From the NCBI GenBank assembly GCA_017481745.1, contig JAFUOV010000012.1, forward strand, positions 96,767 to 160,766: DNA of 64,000 bases, written 5' to 3'. Below the pieces are notes generated by a model. The model was not told where the DNA came from. It worked only from the letters and a program-made list of their open reading frames with translations, and did no database searches. The stretch comes from Bacteroidaceae bacterium. GTDB lineage: Bacteria; Bacteroidota; Bacteroidia; Bacteroidales; Barnesiellaceae_A. Position 1 is the first letter of the stretch; every line of letters begins with the position of its first letter. The position numbers and the translations under genes were made by a program. This document shows positions 21,016 to 30,206 of this stretch, in pieces.

Positions 21016-22509
21016 ATGAATTTTCTATCATTATTTGTGCTTATTCCTATCTTGATGATGGCAGGTCTTGCCATAGCAAGAGATATGAAACAAATACGCA
21101 CGGTAGCAGTCGCGTTTTCGACCCTTCAACTGGGACTTGCTATCTATACTGTATTGAAATACTTGGCAGAGCGTGCCGCCGGTAACGCCGAGGAGATGCT
21201 CTTCCAAGCCTCGACTATGTGGTACGAGCCCCTCAATATCCACTATGCAGTGGGTGTTGACGGTATATCGGTAACAATGTTGTTGCTCACCGCCATTATC
21301 GTATTTGCCGGTGTATTTGCATCGTGGAAAATCGAACCCCTGTCGAAGGAATTTTTCTTGTGGCTCACACTGCTCTCTATCGGTGTGTACGGCTTCTTTA
21401 TCTCGATAGACTTGTTCACCATGTTCATGTTCTACGAGGTTGCCCTCATTCCTATGTATCTGCTCATTGGTGTATGGGGTAGTGGCAAGAAGAACTATTC
21501 GGCGATGAAACTTACCCTGATGTTGATGGGTGGCTCGGCATTGCTCATGTTGGGTATCTTGGGTATCTACTACCACTCGGCACCCGAAGGCGCTCCGCTC
21601 ACCATGAACATCCTTGAGATAGCCGGCAATAATGCTATACCTCACGATTGGCAATACTTCCTCTTCCCCTTGACATTCGTCGGTTTCGGTATCTTGGGCG
21701 CTATGTTCCCCTTCCATACATGGTCGCCCGATGGTCATGCTTCGGCACCTACTGCCGTTTCGATGCTCCACGCCGGTGTGTTGATGAAGTTGGGTGGTTA
21801 CGGATGTTTCCGCGTGGCTATCTATCTCATGCCTTTCGCTGCACAAGAGTTGTCTTGGATATTCCTTATCCTCACCGGTATCAGTGTGGTATATGGTGCG
21901 TTCTCGGCTTGTGTACAGACCGACTTGAAGTACATCAACGCTTACTCATCGGTAAGCCACTGTGGTCTTGTACTCTTTGCAATCCTCATGCTCAATAACA
22001 CTGCAATGACAGGTGCTGTGATGCAAATGCTCTCGCATGGTCTTATGACAGCCTTGTTCTTTGCCCTCATTGGTATGATATATGGTCGTACCCACACCCG
22101 CGACATACGCGAGATGGGTGGCTTGATGCAGATTATGCCTTTCCTCTCGGTTTGCTACGTGATTGCCGGTCTTGCTTCACTCGGTTTGCCCGGTCTTAGC
22201 GGTTTCGTTGCCGAGATGACAATCTTTGTAGGTTCGTTCCAACACACCGATATGTTCCACCGCGTATTCACCATCGTTGCTTGCTGCTCGATAGTAATCA
22301 CAGCGGTTTACATCTTGCGTGTAGTAGGTAAGTTGCTCTATGGTGCTGTGCAAAACGAGCATCACCGTGAGCTCACCGATGCTACATGGTGGGAGCGCCT
22401 CTCTGCTGTAACACTCATCGTTTGTGTTGCTGCCATTGGTTGCTTCCCCGGTTGGATATCAAACCTCATCAGTAACAGCCTTAACGCTATTGTAGAACGT
22501 CTATCATAA
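21016..22509 (+). CDS. nuoM: NADH:quinone oxidoreductase subunit M
   Basis: YE..LIPMY.LIG.WG, PFHTWSPDGHA.APT, LMKLGGYG, AYSSVSH, GLPGLSGFVAE. Confidence 0.96.
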   Translation: MNFLSLFVLIPILMMAGLAIARDMKQIRTVAVAFSTLQLGLAIYTVLKYLAERAAGNAEEMLFQASTMWYEPLNIHYAVGVDGISVTMLLLTAIIVFAGVFASWKIEPLSKEFFLWLTLLSIGVYGFFISIDLFTMFMFYEVALIPMYLLIGVWGSGKKNYSAMKLTLMLMGGSALLMLGILGIYYHSAPEGAPLTMNILEIAGNNAIPHDWQYFLFPLTFVGFGILGAMFPFHTWSPDGHASAPTAVSMLHAGVLMKLGGYGCFRVAIYLMPFAAQELSWIFLILTGISVVYGAFSACVQTDLKYINAYSSVSHCGLVLFAILMLNNTAMTGAVMQMLSHGLMTALFFALIGMIYGRTHTRDIREMGGLMQIMPFLSVCYVIAGLASLGLPGLSGFVAEMTIFVGSFQHTDMFHRVFTIVACCSIVITAVYILRVVGKLLYGAVQNEHHRELTDATWWERLSAVTLIVCVAAIGCFPGWISNLISNSLNAIVERLS

Positions 22510-22520
22510 ATACCGCAGAT

Positions 22521-23969
22521 ATGGATTTTTCTCAATATTCTTTGATATGGGAGTATATGCAACCCGAGTTGTTGCTGTTGGTAGCCACAATACTCCTTTT
22601 CTTTGTAGACCTCTTTGCATCGCCCCGTTTCCTCGATAAGTGGTTCTCGGGTATCGCTTGCGTACTGCTTGCTGCAGTTACTGCAATAAGCTGCATACCC
22701 GGTGGCGAGACACATACTCTATTTGGAGGCATGTTTATCAGCACACCTATGACTACAGCCATGAAGTTGGTGCTCAACATCGGTACTATACTTGTGTTGT
22801 TGCAAGCCCATTCGTGGGTCAACAGCGAGGCTTGTAAGGTGCGTCGTGGTGAGTTCTATGAGTTGATGTTCTTTACCTTGTTTGGTATGTACCTGATGAT
22901 TTCGTCGGGACACTTCCTCATTTTCTTTATCGGACTCGAAACTGCTTCGTTGCCTATCGCTGCATTGGTAGCCTTCAACAAGCAAGGTGGCGACTCGTAT
23001 GAGTCGGGTGCCAAGTACCTCTTCAATGCCGTATTCTCATCGGCAATATTCTTGATGGGTATCTCGTTTATGTATGCCATGTCGGGCTCGCTCTACTTTG
23101 AGGATATAGCCCTCAATGCTGCCAACAATACAGCTTTGTTTGTCGTTGCTTTGGCATTCATTATCTCGGGTATCGGATTTAAGTTGTCGCTCGTGCCTTT
23201 CCACTTGTGGACAGCCGACGTATATCAAGGTGGTCCTACTGCCGTTACAGCCTATCTCTCGGTTATCTCGAAGGGCGCTGCTGCATTTGCATTCTTGTGG
23301 GTTTTGTTCAAGACTTTCAGCCCCTCGCCCGAGTTGTGGCAGGGTATACTCTACGTGCTCATTATCCTCACCATTACATTGGGTAACTTGTTTGCCATCC
23401 GTCAGAAAGACTTGAAACGCTTCCTTGCCTTCTCGTCAATCTCGCAAGCCGGATATATCATGCTCGGTGTGATGGCAAATAGCGCACAAGGTCTTACTGC
23501 TCTTGTTTACTATATACTTGTTTACATCTTCTCAAACCTGGCAGCCTTTGGTGTGATAGCCTCTATTGAGAACAAGACAGGCAAAGTAAGCATGGACGAC
23601 TACAACGGATTGTACCAAACCAACCCCAAGCTGAGCCTCGCCATGATGCTCGCCATGTTCTCGTTGGCAGGTATCCCGCCGTTTGCCGGTTTCTTCAGCA
23701 AGTTCTTTATCTTTGCTTCGGCAGTAAACAGCGGATACTACATCCTTGTACTCATTGCATTGCTCAACACAATCATCTCGTTGTTCTACTATCTGTTGGT
23801 TGTGAAAGCGATGTTTATCAACCCCAATGACAATCCTATCGAAACTGTTAAGACCAATTGTTACGGTCGTACCGGACTTGTTATCTGTGTAGCAGGTATC
23901 TTGGTACTTGGTATAGCAAGTTGTGTATACGGCTACTTGTCGGGTTTGAGCCTTACAGTAGGTATCTGA
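22521..23969 (+). CDS. nuoN: NADH:quinone oxidoreductase subunit N
   Basis: FKLSLVPFHLWTADVYQG.PT, KRFLAFSSISQAGY, SLAGIPPFAGF..KF. Confidence 0.96.
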   Translation: MDFSQYSLIWEYMQPELLLLVATILLFFVDLFASPRFLDKWFSGIACVLLAAVTAISCIPGGETHTLFGGMFISTPMTTAMKLVLNIGTILVLLQAHSWVNSEACKVRRGEFYELMFFTLFGMYLMISSGHFLIFFIGLETASLPIAALVAFNKQGGDSYESGAKYLFNAVFSSAIFLMGISFMYAMSGSLYFEDIALNAANNTALFVVALAFIISGIGFKLSLVPFHLWTADVYQGGPTAVTAYLSVISKGAAAFAFLWVLFKTFSPSPELWQGILYVLIILTITLGNLFAIRQKDLKRFLAFSSISQAGYIMLGVMANSAQGLTALVYYILVYIFSNLAAFGVIASIENKTGKVSMDDYNGLYQTNPKLSLAMMLAMFSLAGIPPFAGFFSKFFIFASAVNSGYYILVLIALLNTIISLFYYLLVVKAMFINPNDNPIETVKTNCYGRTGLVICVAGILVLGIASCVYGYLSGLSLTVGI

Positions 23970-23988
23970 TAAATATTACATAATACTG

Positions 23989-24025
23989 CAAATGGCGAGC
24001 TTTTCGAGGCTCGCCATTTGTTTTT
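23989..24025 (+). terminator. Intrinsic terminator closing the nuo/atp cluster
   Basis: Stem CAAATGGCGAGC/GCTCGCCATTTG followed by TTTTT. Confidence 0.85.
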
Positions 24026-24068
24026 GGCTGTTGGCTTAATACTCCTGTATCATCCCTGCAAATCGACT

Positions 24069-24105
24069 AAAAATAAGGCTGAAACCTTTGCGAGATTTCA
24101 GCCTT
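24069..24105 (-). terminator. Intrinsic terminator of pepD
   Basis: Stem AAGGCTGAAA/TTTCAGCCTT with an A-run on the + strand (U-tract on -). Confidence 0.7.
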
Positions 24106-24127
24106 GTGTTATCGGAAATGTCGATTG

Positions 24128-25591
24128 TTATTTCTTCATATCGGCAACCTTCTCGAGGATGCGGAGCAGGTGCAACCAGAATTTCTCAACAGCAGGAATG
24201 TGCATGCGCTCGTCGGGAGAGTGAACGTCGCGCAATGTAGGACCAAACGAAATCATATCCAAGTGAGGATATTTGCTGAGGAACAAACCGCACTCAAGAC
24301 CTGCGTGGATAGCAAGAATTTCGGGTGTTACGTTGAACAACTCTTCGTATGCCTCAACAGCGATATCTTTGATAGCCGATTGCATGTTGGGTTTCCATCC
24401 GGGATAACCCTCGCCGTGCATGGGCACTGCACCTGCCATGGCAAAGAGTGCTTCTATTTGGTTGGCGATATCGTGTTTCTCGCTCTCTACCGAGCTGCGT
24501 TGGCTGGTAGCTACCACGATAGTATTGCCCTCGCGCATTTTTACCGATGCAAGGTTGGTCGATGTTTGTACCAAACCGGACAATTCGCGGCTCATGGCAA
24601 TCACACCGTGAGGTGCTGCGTAGAGAGCCGATATGAGGTTGTGTGCTGTCTTGCAGTCGATGCAAGTGGCAGGGGTGTCGGCAGTCTCCATACCCGAGCC
24701 TGTAAGGGCATCGACGCCTTTGAGTTCTTCTTCAACAGTAGCAATGTGGCAGTTGAAGTCGACACGCAACGACTCTTTGTCTTTCATAGGAACACCTACA
24801 ACAGCCATAGCCTCGCGAGGAATGGCATTGCGCAAGTTACCGCCGTCGATAGTAGCCAATTTTACATCATATTTCTTCATGGCGTTCCACAAGAAACGAG
24901 CCAATATCTTGTTGGCATTGCCACGACCCAAGTGGATGTCGCCACCCGAGTGTCCGCCGTTAAGACCCTTAATGCGCAATGTAGCGTAGTAGTAGTCTTG
25001 AGGTGCAACCTCTTCGCTATATGTAAATGTAGAAGTAGTGTCGATACCGCCGGCGCAACCGATGAAGATTTGAGCATCGTCTTCCGAGTCGAGGTTGAGC
25101 AGAATATCGCCGTTGATGAGCGAACCGTCGAGGTTGTTGGCACCGGTAAGACCGGTCTCTTCGTCTACGGTAAAGAGCGCTTGCAAGCGACCATGTTTTG
25201 CCTCGGGATTGATGAGTACTGCCATAGCAGCAGCCATACCTATACCATTGTCGGCACCGAGGGTAGTACCACGTGCGCGTACCCACTCACCGTCGATATA
25301 TGTTTGGATGGGGTCGTTTTCAAAGTCAAGCTCTACATCGCTGTTCTTCTCACAAACCATATCCATGTGGGCTTGCAAAATTACAGTAGGAGCGTCTTCG
25401 CAACCCGGAGTTGCGGGAACTGTCATTACCACGTTGCCTATTTCGTCGGTGGCAACTTCAAGGTTGTGCTTGTGTGCGAAGTCTAAAAGATAAGCGCGAA
25501 TTTTTTCCTCTTTTTTAGAAGGACGCGGCACTTGCGTAATGGCATCGAAAATTTCCCATACCAACGCGGGTTTCAGGTCTTTTACTTTCAT
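24128..25591 (-). CDS. pepD: Aminoacyl-histidine dipeptidase (M20C)
   Basis: LQAHMDMV, TTLGADNGIG, TVDEETGL, NLDSED, GGHSG.DI, IHAGLECG, HSPDE. Confidence 0.95.
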   Translation of the reverse strand: MKVKDLKPALVWEIFDAITQVPRPSKKEEKIRAYLLDFAHKHNLEVATDEIGNVVMTVPATPGCEDAPTVILQAHMDMVCEKNSDVELDFENDPIQTYIDGEWVRARGTTLGADNGIGMAAAMAVLINPEAKHGRLQALFTVDEETGLTGANNLDGSLINGDILLNLDSEDDAQIFIGCAGGIDTTSTFTYSEEVAPQDYYYATLRIKGLNGGHSGGDIHLGRGNANKILARFLWNAMKKYDVKLATIDGGNLRNAIPREAMAVVGVPMKDKESLRVDFNCHIATVEEELKGVDALTGSGMETADTPATCIDCKTAHNLISALYAAPHGVIAMSRELSGLVQTSTNLASVKMREGNTIVVATSQRSSVESEKHDIANQIEALFAMAGAVPMHGEGYPGWKPNMQSAIKDIAVEAYEELFNVTPEILAIHAGLECGLFLSKYPHLDMISFGPTLRDVHSPDERMHIPAVEKFWLHLLRILEKVADMKK

Positions 25592-25831
25592 AGTAGATTT
25601 CTTAATTTATTGCTCCACGAAAGCTAACAATTGTAATCGTGGAAAAATTTATGTTAATTTTTAAGGTTTTTCAAATACTATCAACAAAATATACCACCTA
25701 AAATGGTGGTTGGAAAGCTACTCTTTCCTATATTTGCACCACAAATATAGTGAAAGGTAAGAGAAGAACAAAATAAGCATACTTATTTTTTGTTACGAGC
25801 CATATACTATATCCTAAAAATTGAATAATTA

Positions 25832-26053
25832 ATGTTGACTACAATACTCATATCTGTTGTAATAGTTGCAGTTGCAGTGCTATTGTTGGGTGTAAAGGTC
25901 TTTTTTGTCAAAGGAGGAAAGTTTCCCGGCTTGCACATCAGCGGCAACAAAGAGATGCAGAAAAAGGGTATTACGTGCGCAGTATCGACCGATGCTCGTG
26001 ATAGAGCACGCAAGACACTCGACGATGTTGTGAAGCAGAATCAAATTAAATAG
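25832..26053 (+). CDS. Small single-TM conserved hypothetical protein
   Basis: Hydrophobic N-terminus and GKFP..HI.GNKEM.K.GITC motif; TATATTTG box at 25729-25736; directly upstream of the ompH-like gene. Confidence 0.75.
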   Translation: MLTTILISVVIVAVAVLLLGVKVFFVKGGKFPGLHISGNKEMQKKGITCAVSTDARDRARKTLDDVVKQNQIK

Positions 26054-26069
26054 AATATAAAATAGAATT

Positions 26070-26681
26070 ATGAAAAACCTTTTGAACGCTTTGTGCGTAA
26101 TTGCTCTTGTAGCAGGAAATCTTTTTTTAACATCGTGTGGTAAAACCGAGGATACCGCAACAACCGAAGATGTTGCTACCGCATGCGAAGGAAAAAAATT
26201 GCCTATAGCTTATGTTGACACCGATTCGCTTATTGGCATGTACGACTATGCCAAGGAATTGGAACAAAAGTTGGTAGAGAAAATCGAAAACGACCGTGCC
26301 AATTTGAATGCACGTGCTGCCGGATTGGCAAAACGTCAAGCCGAGTTCCAAAGAAAAGCTCAAAACAACGCTTTCCTTTCGGAGAGTAGCATGCAACAAC
26401 AATATGAGGCATTGCTCAAAGAGCAAGAGACATTGCAAACCGATGCTGCCCGCATAGATGCCGAGAACTTGCAAGCTCAACAACAAATGTTGCAAGAGAT
26501 TTCGGAAGAAATTCGCGACTACATTGCCGAGTATAACAAAACTGCCGGTTATGAAGTAATCTTGCAAAAGGCTGCAACAATCTTCATCAACGAGGCTTAC
26601 GACATTACTCAAGAGATTGCCGATGGTCTTAACAAAAAAACTCCTGCTACAAAAGAGGCAGAGACCGTAGCCGAGAAATAA
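26070..26681 (+). CDS. OmpH/Skp family chaperone, lipoprotein-like
   Basis: LTSC lipobox, IAYVDTDSL, coiled coil, YDIT..I..GLN. Confidence 0.9.
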   Translation: MKNLLNALCVIALVAGNLFLTSCGKTEDTATTEDVATACEGKKLPIAYVDTDSLIGMYDYAKELEQKLVEKIENDRANLNARAAGLAKRQAEFQRKAQNNAFLSESSMQQQYEALLKEQETLQTDAARIDAENLQAQQQMLQEISEEIRDYIAEYNKTAGYEVILQKAATIFINEAYDITQEIADGLNKKTPATKEAETVAEK

Positions 26682-26702
26682 TAAACGATTTATCAATGAT
26701 AT

Positions 26703-26737
26703 TAGGGGCTTTGCTTACCGGCAAAGCCCCTATTTTT
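26703..26737 (+). terminator. Intrinsic terminator
   Basis: TAGGGGCTTTGC/GCAAAGCCCCTA followed by TTTTT. Confidence 0.85.
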
Positions 26738-26803
26738 GTAGCCTGTTGTTGATGTTTTAAAAAAAATGTTACCTTTGTACTCTATCAACTAAGAACGACC
26801 CAT

Positions 26804-27796
26804 ATGGCATATTTCTCGCTTATTGTACCTGTGTACAATCGTCCCGATGAGGTGAACGAACTGCTCGAAAGTCTTACATACCAACGTTGCAAAGACTTTG
26901 AGGTGATTATCGTTGAAGATGGCTCGCAACAACCCTGTGAGGAGGTTGTGCAGGCATATACCGATCGTCTGGATATACACTATTATAACAAGCCCAACTC
27001 GGGTCCCGGGCAGTCGCGCAACTATGGAGCCGAGCGGGCGCATGGCGAGTATCTTATCGTTCTCGATAGCGATTGTATCATCCCCGAGGGATATATTGAT
27101 GCGGTGAAAGCCGAACTTGCATCGTCGCCTGCCGATGCCTTTGGAGGTCCCGACAGAGCGCACCATTCGTTTACCGATATGCAGAAGGCTATCAACTATG
27201 CCATGACATCGTTCTTTACAACCGGCGGCATAAGAGGCGGTAAAAAGAAACTCGACAAGTTCTATCCTCGTAGCTTCAATATGGGTATTCGTGCCGATGT
27301 ATACAAGGCTTTGGGAGGCTTCTCAAGGATGCGATTTGGCGAGGATATAGATTTCAGCATCCGCATCTTTAAGGGTGGATATAAGTGCCGCCTGTTTCCT
27401 GAGGCATGGGTGTGGCACAAACGTCGTACCGACTTGCGCAAGTTCTTCAAGCAAGTGCATAACTCGGGTATAGCGCGCATCAATCTCTATAAGAAGTACC
27501 CCGAGTCGCTCAAGTTGGTGCATCTGTTGCCGGCTGTGTTTACCATTGGCGTAGCTTTGTTGCTGTTGGGTACACCCTTTATACCTTGGTTGTCGTTGTT
27601 ATTGGGGCTTTTCATCTTGTTGATATTTGTCGACTCTTCGTTGCAGAACAAGAGTGTCAAGATAGGAGCTATCTCGGTGATAGCTGCATTTGTGCAGTTG
27701 ATAGGTTATGGAACAGGTTTCTTGCGTGCATGGTGGAAACGCTGTGTATTGGGAAAAGATGAGTTTGAAGCCTTTAAAAATAGTTTTTATAAGTAA
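26804..27796 (+). CDS. Glycosyltransferase family 2 with C-terminal TM helices
   Basis: SLIVPVYN, EDGS, SRNYG, LDSD (DxD), GEDIDFS. Confidence 0.9.
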   Translation: MAYFSLIVPVYNRPDEVNELLESLTYQRCKDFEVIIVEDGSQQPCEEVVQAYTDRLDIHYYNKPNSGPGQSRNYGAERAHGEYLIVLDSDCIIPEGYIDAVKAELASSPADAFGGPDRAHHSFTDMQKAINYAMTSFFTTGGIRGGKKKLDKFYPRSFNMGIRADVYKALGGFSRMRFGEDIDFSIRIFKGGYKCRLFPEAWVWHKRRTDLRKFFKQVHNSGIARINLYKKYPESLKLVHLLPAVFTIGVALLLLGTPFIPWLSLLLGLFILLIFVDSSLQNKSVKIGAISVIAAFVQLIGYGTGFLRAWWKRCVLGKDEFEAFKNSFYK

Positions 27797-28482
27797 TGGC
27801 AAAGCTTACCATAACACAGCTGTCGGTCGATGATCGTCCTCGTGAAAAGATGATGATGCACGGTGTGCGCGCATTGAGCAATGCCGAGCTGTTGGCTATC
27901 CTTATAGGTTCGGGCAATACCGAGGAGACTGCTATTGAGCTCTCGCAACGCATACTCAATGATACCGATAATAACCTTAATAGGCTGGGGAAATGCGACT
28001 TGAAGGAGCTGATGACCTATAAGGGTATAGGCGAGGCAAAGGCTATTACAATTATTGCAGCAATGGAGTTGGGTCGCCGTCGCCGCGAAGAAGGTGTGCC
28101 CGAAAGACCTCTGCTCAATTCGAGCCAAAAGGTGTATGATTATATGCGTCAACGACTTGTCGACCTGCCTCATGAGGAGTTCTGGGCTATCTTGCTCAAT
28201 CGTGCGGGACGTGTTATCGAGACGGTAATGGTGAGCAAAGGTGGTACTGCAGCAACTACTGTCGACGTGAAAATAATACTCCGAGCTGCCATACAATCGT
28301 TGGCATCGGCTATTGTGCTATGCCATAATCATCCGTCGGGTACATGCAAGCCAAGTCGTGAGGATGAGCTATCGACACAACGTGTCAAAGAGGCTGCCAA
28401 ATTGATGAATATATCGGTAGTCGACCATATTATCGTATGCGATAACAGCTATTACAGCTTTGCCGATAATGGCAATATCTAA
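27796..28482 (+). CDS. radC: RadC/JAB-domain protein
   Basis: DRPREK, LSNAELLAILIGSG, HhH GIGEAKA, JAMM motif HNHPSG...S.ED, DHII; TAATG overlap with the GT2 gene. Confidence 0.93.
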   Translation: MAKLTITQLSVDDRPREKMMMHGVRALSNAELLAILIGSGNTEETAIELSQRILNDTDNNLNRLGKCDLKELMTYKGIGEAKAITIIAAMELGRRRREEGVPERPLLNSSQKVYDYMRQRLVDLPHEEFWAILLNRAGRVIETVMVSKGGTAATTVDVKIILRAAIQSLASAIVLCHNHPSGTCKPSREDELSTQRVKEAAKLMNISVVDHIIVCDNSYYSFADNGNI

Positions 28483-28487
28483 TCGCC

Positions 28488-30206
28488 CTATTGGTTGGGC
28501 TCTAAACTCTTTATACGTCGGTATTGCGGGCAGTGGTATATTATGTAGCACCCTTGTGTGGGTAATGTTACCGTATCGGGGAAGAGTGCCTGTTCCGATT
28601 GAGAAAAGGTCTCGGGAGCAATAGCTCTGCGTAGCAATCCTGCCACCGATGCCGATGGCTCTTGTAGCGATGCCGGGTGGTAGTGCCAATACCACTCGTC
28701 ATGGGTCGATGTGCTGTCAATATGTGTTATAATGTAGTCGCCTCCGGTAGTGCCGTAGAAGGGGTTGTTGCCGGCTATCTTATGTTGAGGTGTGAAAAAC
28801 TCGTCGGGGGTTTCTATGGCAGTTTCCAATTCGTGTGGAATAATCTGTATATAGCGGTTGTGTAGTTGGTAGCTGCGGTCGGGGTTGAGTTGCATGATGG
28901 GTTTTCTCACCGCCAATGTATCTTTTAATTCTATCAGAGGAGTAACGAATGCTCTCCATTCCGCCTCGGGCGCAAGATAGTAATATTGGTGAAGGTTCAT
29001 CACCCAAGGTGCAGCCAATCTCGAGGTGTTTTCTTCCGGCAGGAATATAACTCCATCGCTATCGTGCCGGTGTGCCATGACGAGCGCATGGTGCTGCTTG
29101 CCGGTATGGTTGCACTCCGGTAGAACAATGACAGCCCAAGCGATGAGCAGTGTCGATATAGCTATGGTTATGCCTCTTTTTACTCTGTCTTGCAGAGCCG
29201 ATAGCTTGATATTGAGGTATCGTAGTAGTGGTAGCAGGGCAAAAAATTCGGCAGCATAGTAGATGCGCATGGTCTGCGCTCCGGCACGTATAGATAGAAC
29301 AAAGCCGAGGGCTATAATAGCGGTAAGAATAATAAAACTATTCTCTTTAATAAAAGTTTGCATCTCTCTACGCCATGATTTCTTGCATAGACTCACTATG
29401 TAAATAATGGCGCATAGAGGGAAGACTCGCAGCGAGTGAAGCGAAATAATTACGGACGTAATGTAGTCGTATATGCCTTCATATCCGATGTTCGATGCCT
29501 TGTTTTCAAGCCCCGGTGCAAGCAGTATTGTCATGCAGCCGAGTCCGTATGCAATAGAAATAACTGTGAGCGTGTTGTAACCTATACGGCGGTAATGATA
29601 GAGCATATAGAGCAGGATAGCGCCGCCTATGGGCAAAGCAAAAGCCTCGTGCAGTGAGGCGCAACATAAGGTTGCCGCAGCGCAGAGCCATGTCTTGCCG
29701 TTCACACCGTCATTGGCTCGTGTGGCGTGTTGCCAATAGAGCAGGAAAAGCACCGAGGCAAGCGATGTCCACATATAATTGAGTGAGCCTGCTGCCCAAT
29801 AGTATAGATAATCCATGTCGGGTAGCAACCAATATATGCCTGCTATGGTGAGAAGCAGTGGCAGTGGCTGTATCTTCTCGTTGGGCGATTGCGTGTATCG
29901 AGTAGTGCATGCTATCAACAAGAGGAAAACAAGTGTGTTGAGTATGTCAAACCCCCAATCGGGTAGCACTGCCAATATGCTTTGCAATACGATGTGTACA
30001 ATAGCGCGAGAGTTCTCGCCCATGTAGTGGTGATATTGTGAGATGAGAATGTCGTAAAATTGGGTGATAGGCGAGAGTGTCTCTTCGGGAATATAGCGAA
30101 GAGCATACCAAATATCGTCGTCGTAATATGGTACGAACAGATTGAGGCATAGAAAAACTATTGCCGTTGCAAGCAGAATGATTGTTATTGCGGTTTTTCT
30201 ATTCAT
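28488..30206 (-). CDS. DUF6056-type polytopic membrane protein, putative GT-C/GtrC glycosyltransferase (paralog 1)
   Basis: PYYDDDIWY after TM1, ENSR, W.AGSLNYMW, LHE, LAPG; many TM helices plus a periplasmic tail. Confidence 0.75.
   Translation of the reverse strand: MNRKTAITIILLATAIVFLCLNLFVPYYDDDIWYALRYIPEETLSPITQFYDILISQYHHYMGENSRAIVHIVLQSILAVLPDWGFDILNTLVFLLLIACTTRYTQSPNEKIQPLPLLLTIAGIYWLLPDMDYLYYWAAGSLNYMWTSLASVLFLLYWQHATRANDGVNGKTWLCAAATLCCASLHEAFALPIGGAILLYMLYHYRRIGYNTLTVISIAYGLGCMTILLAPGLENKASNIGYEGIYDYITSVIISLHSLRVFPLCAIIYIVSLCKKSWRREMQTFIKENSFIILTAIIALGFVLSIRAGAQTMRIYYAAEFFALLPLLRYLNIKLSALQDRVKRGITIAISTLLIAWAVIVLPECNHTGKQHHALVMAHRHDSDGVIFLPEENTSRLAAPWVMNLHQYYYLAPEAEWRAFVTPLIELKDTLAVRKPIMQLNPDRSYQLHNRYIQIIPHELETAIETPDEFFTPQHKIAGNNPFYGTTGGDYIITHIDSTSTHDEWYWHYHPASLQEPSASVAGLLRRAIAPETFSQSEQALFPDTVTLPTQGCYIIYHCPQYRRIKSLEPNQ

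Noticed and set aside
24104-25486. Long antisense ORFs (460 aa here; also 36363-37436, 51747-52943, 62407-63318 and many shorter ones)
   Set aside because: They are shadows of well-supported genes on the opposite strand and show no recognisable motifs.
27796-28482. radC as a marker of an ICE or prophage
   Set aside because: It is a full-length chromosomal-type RadC with HhH region, translationally coupled to a GT2 gene, with no mobility genes nearby.
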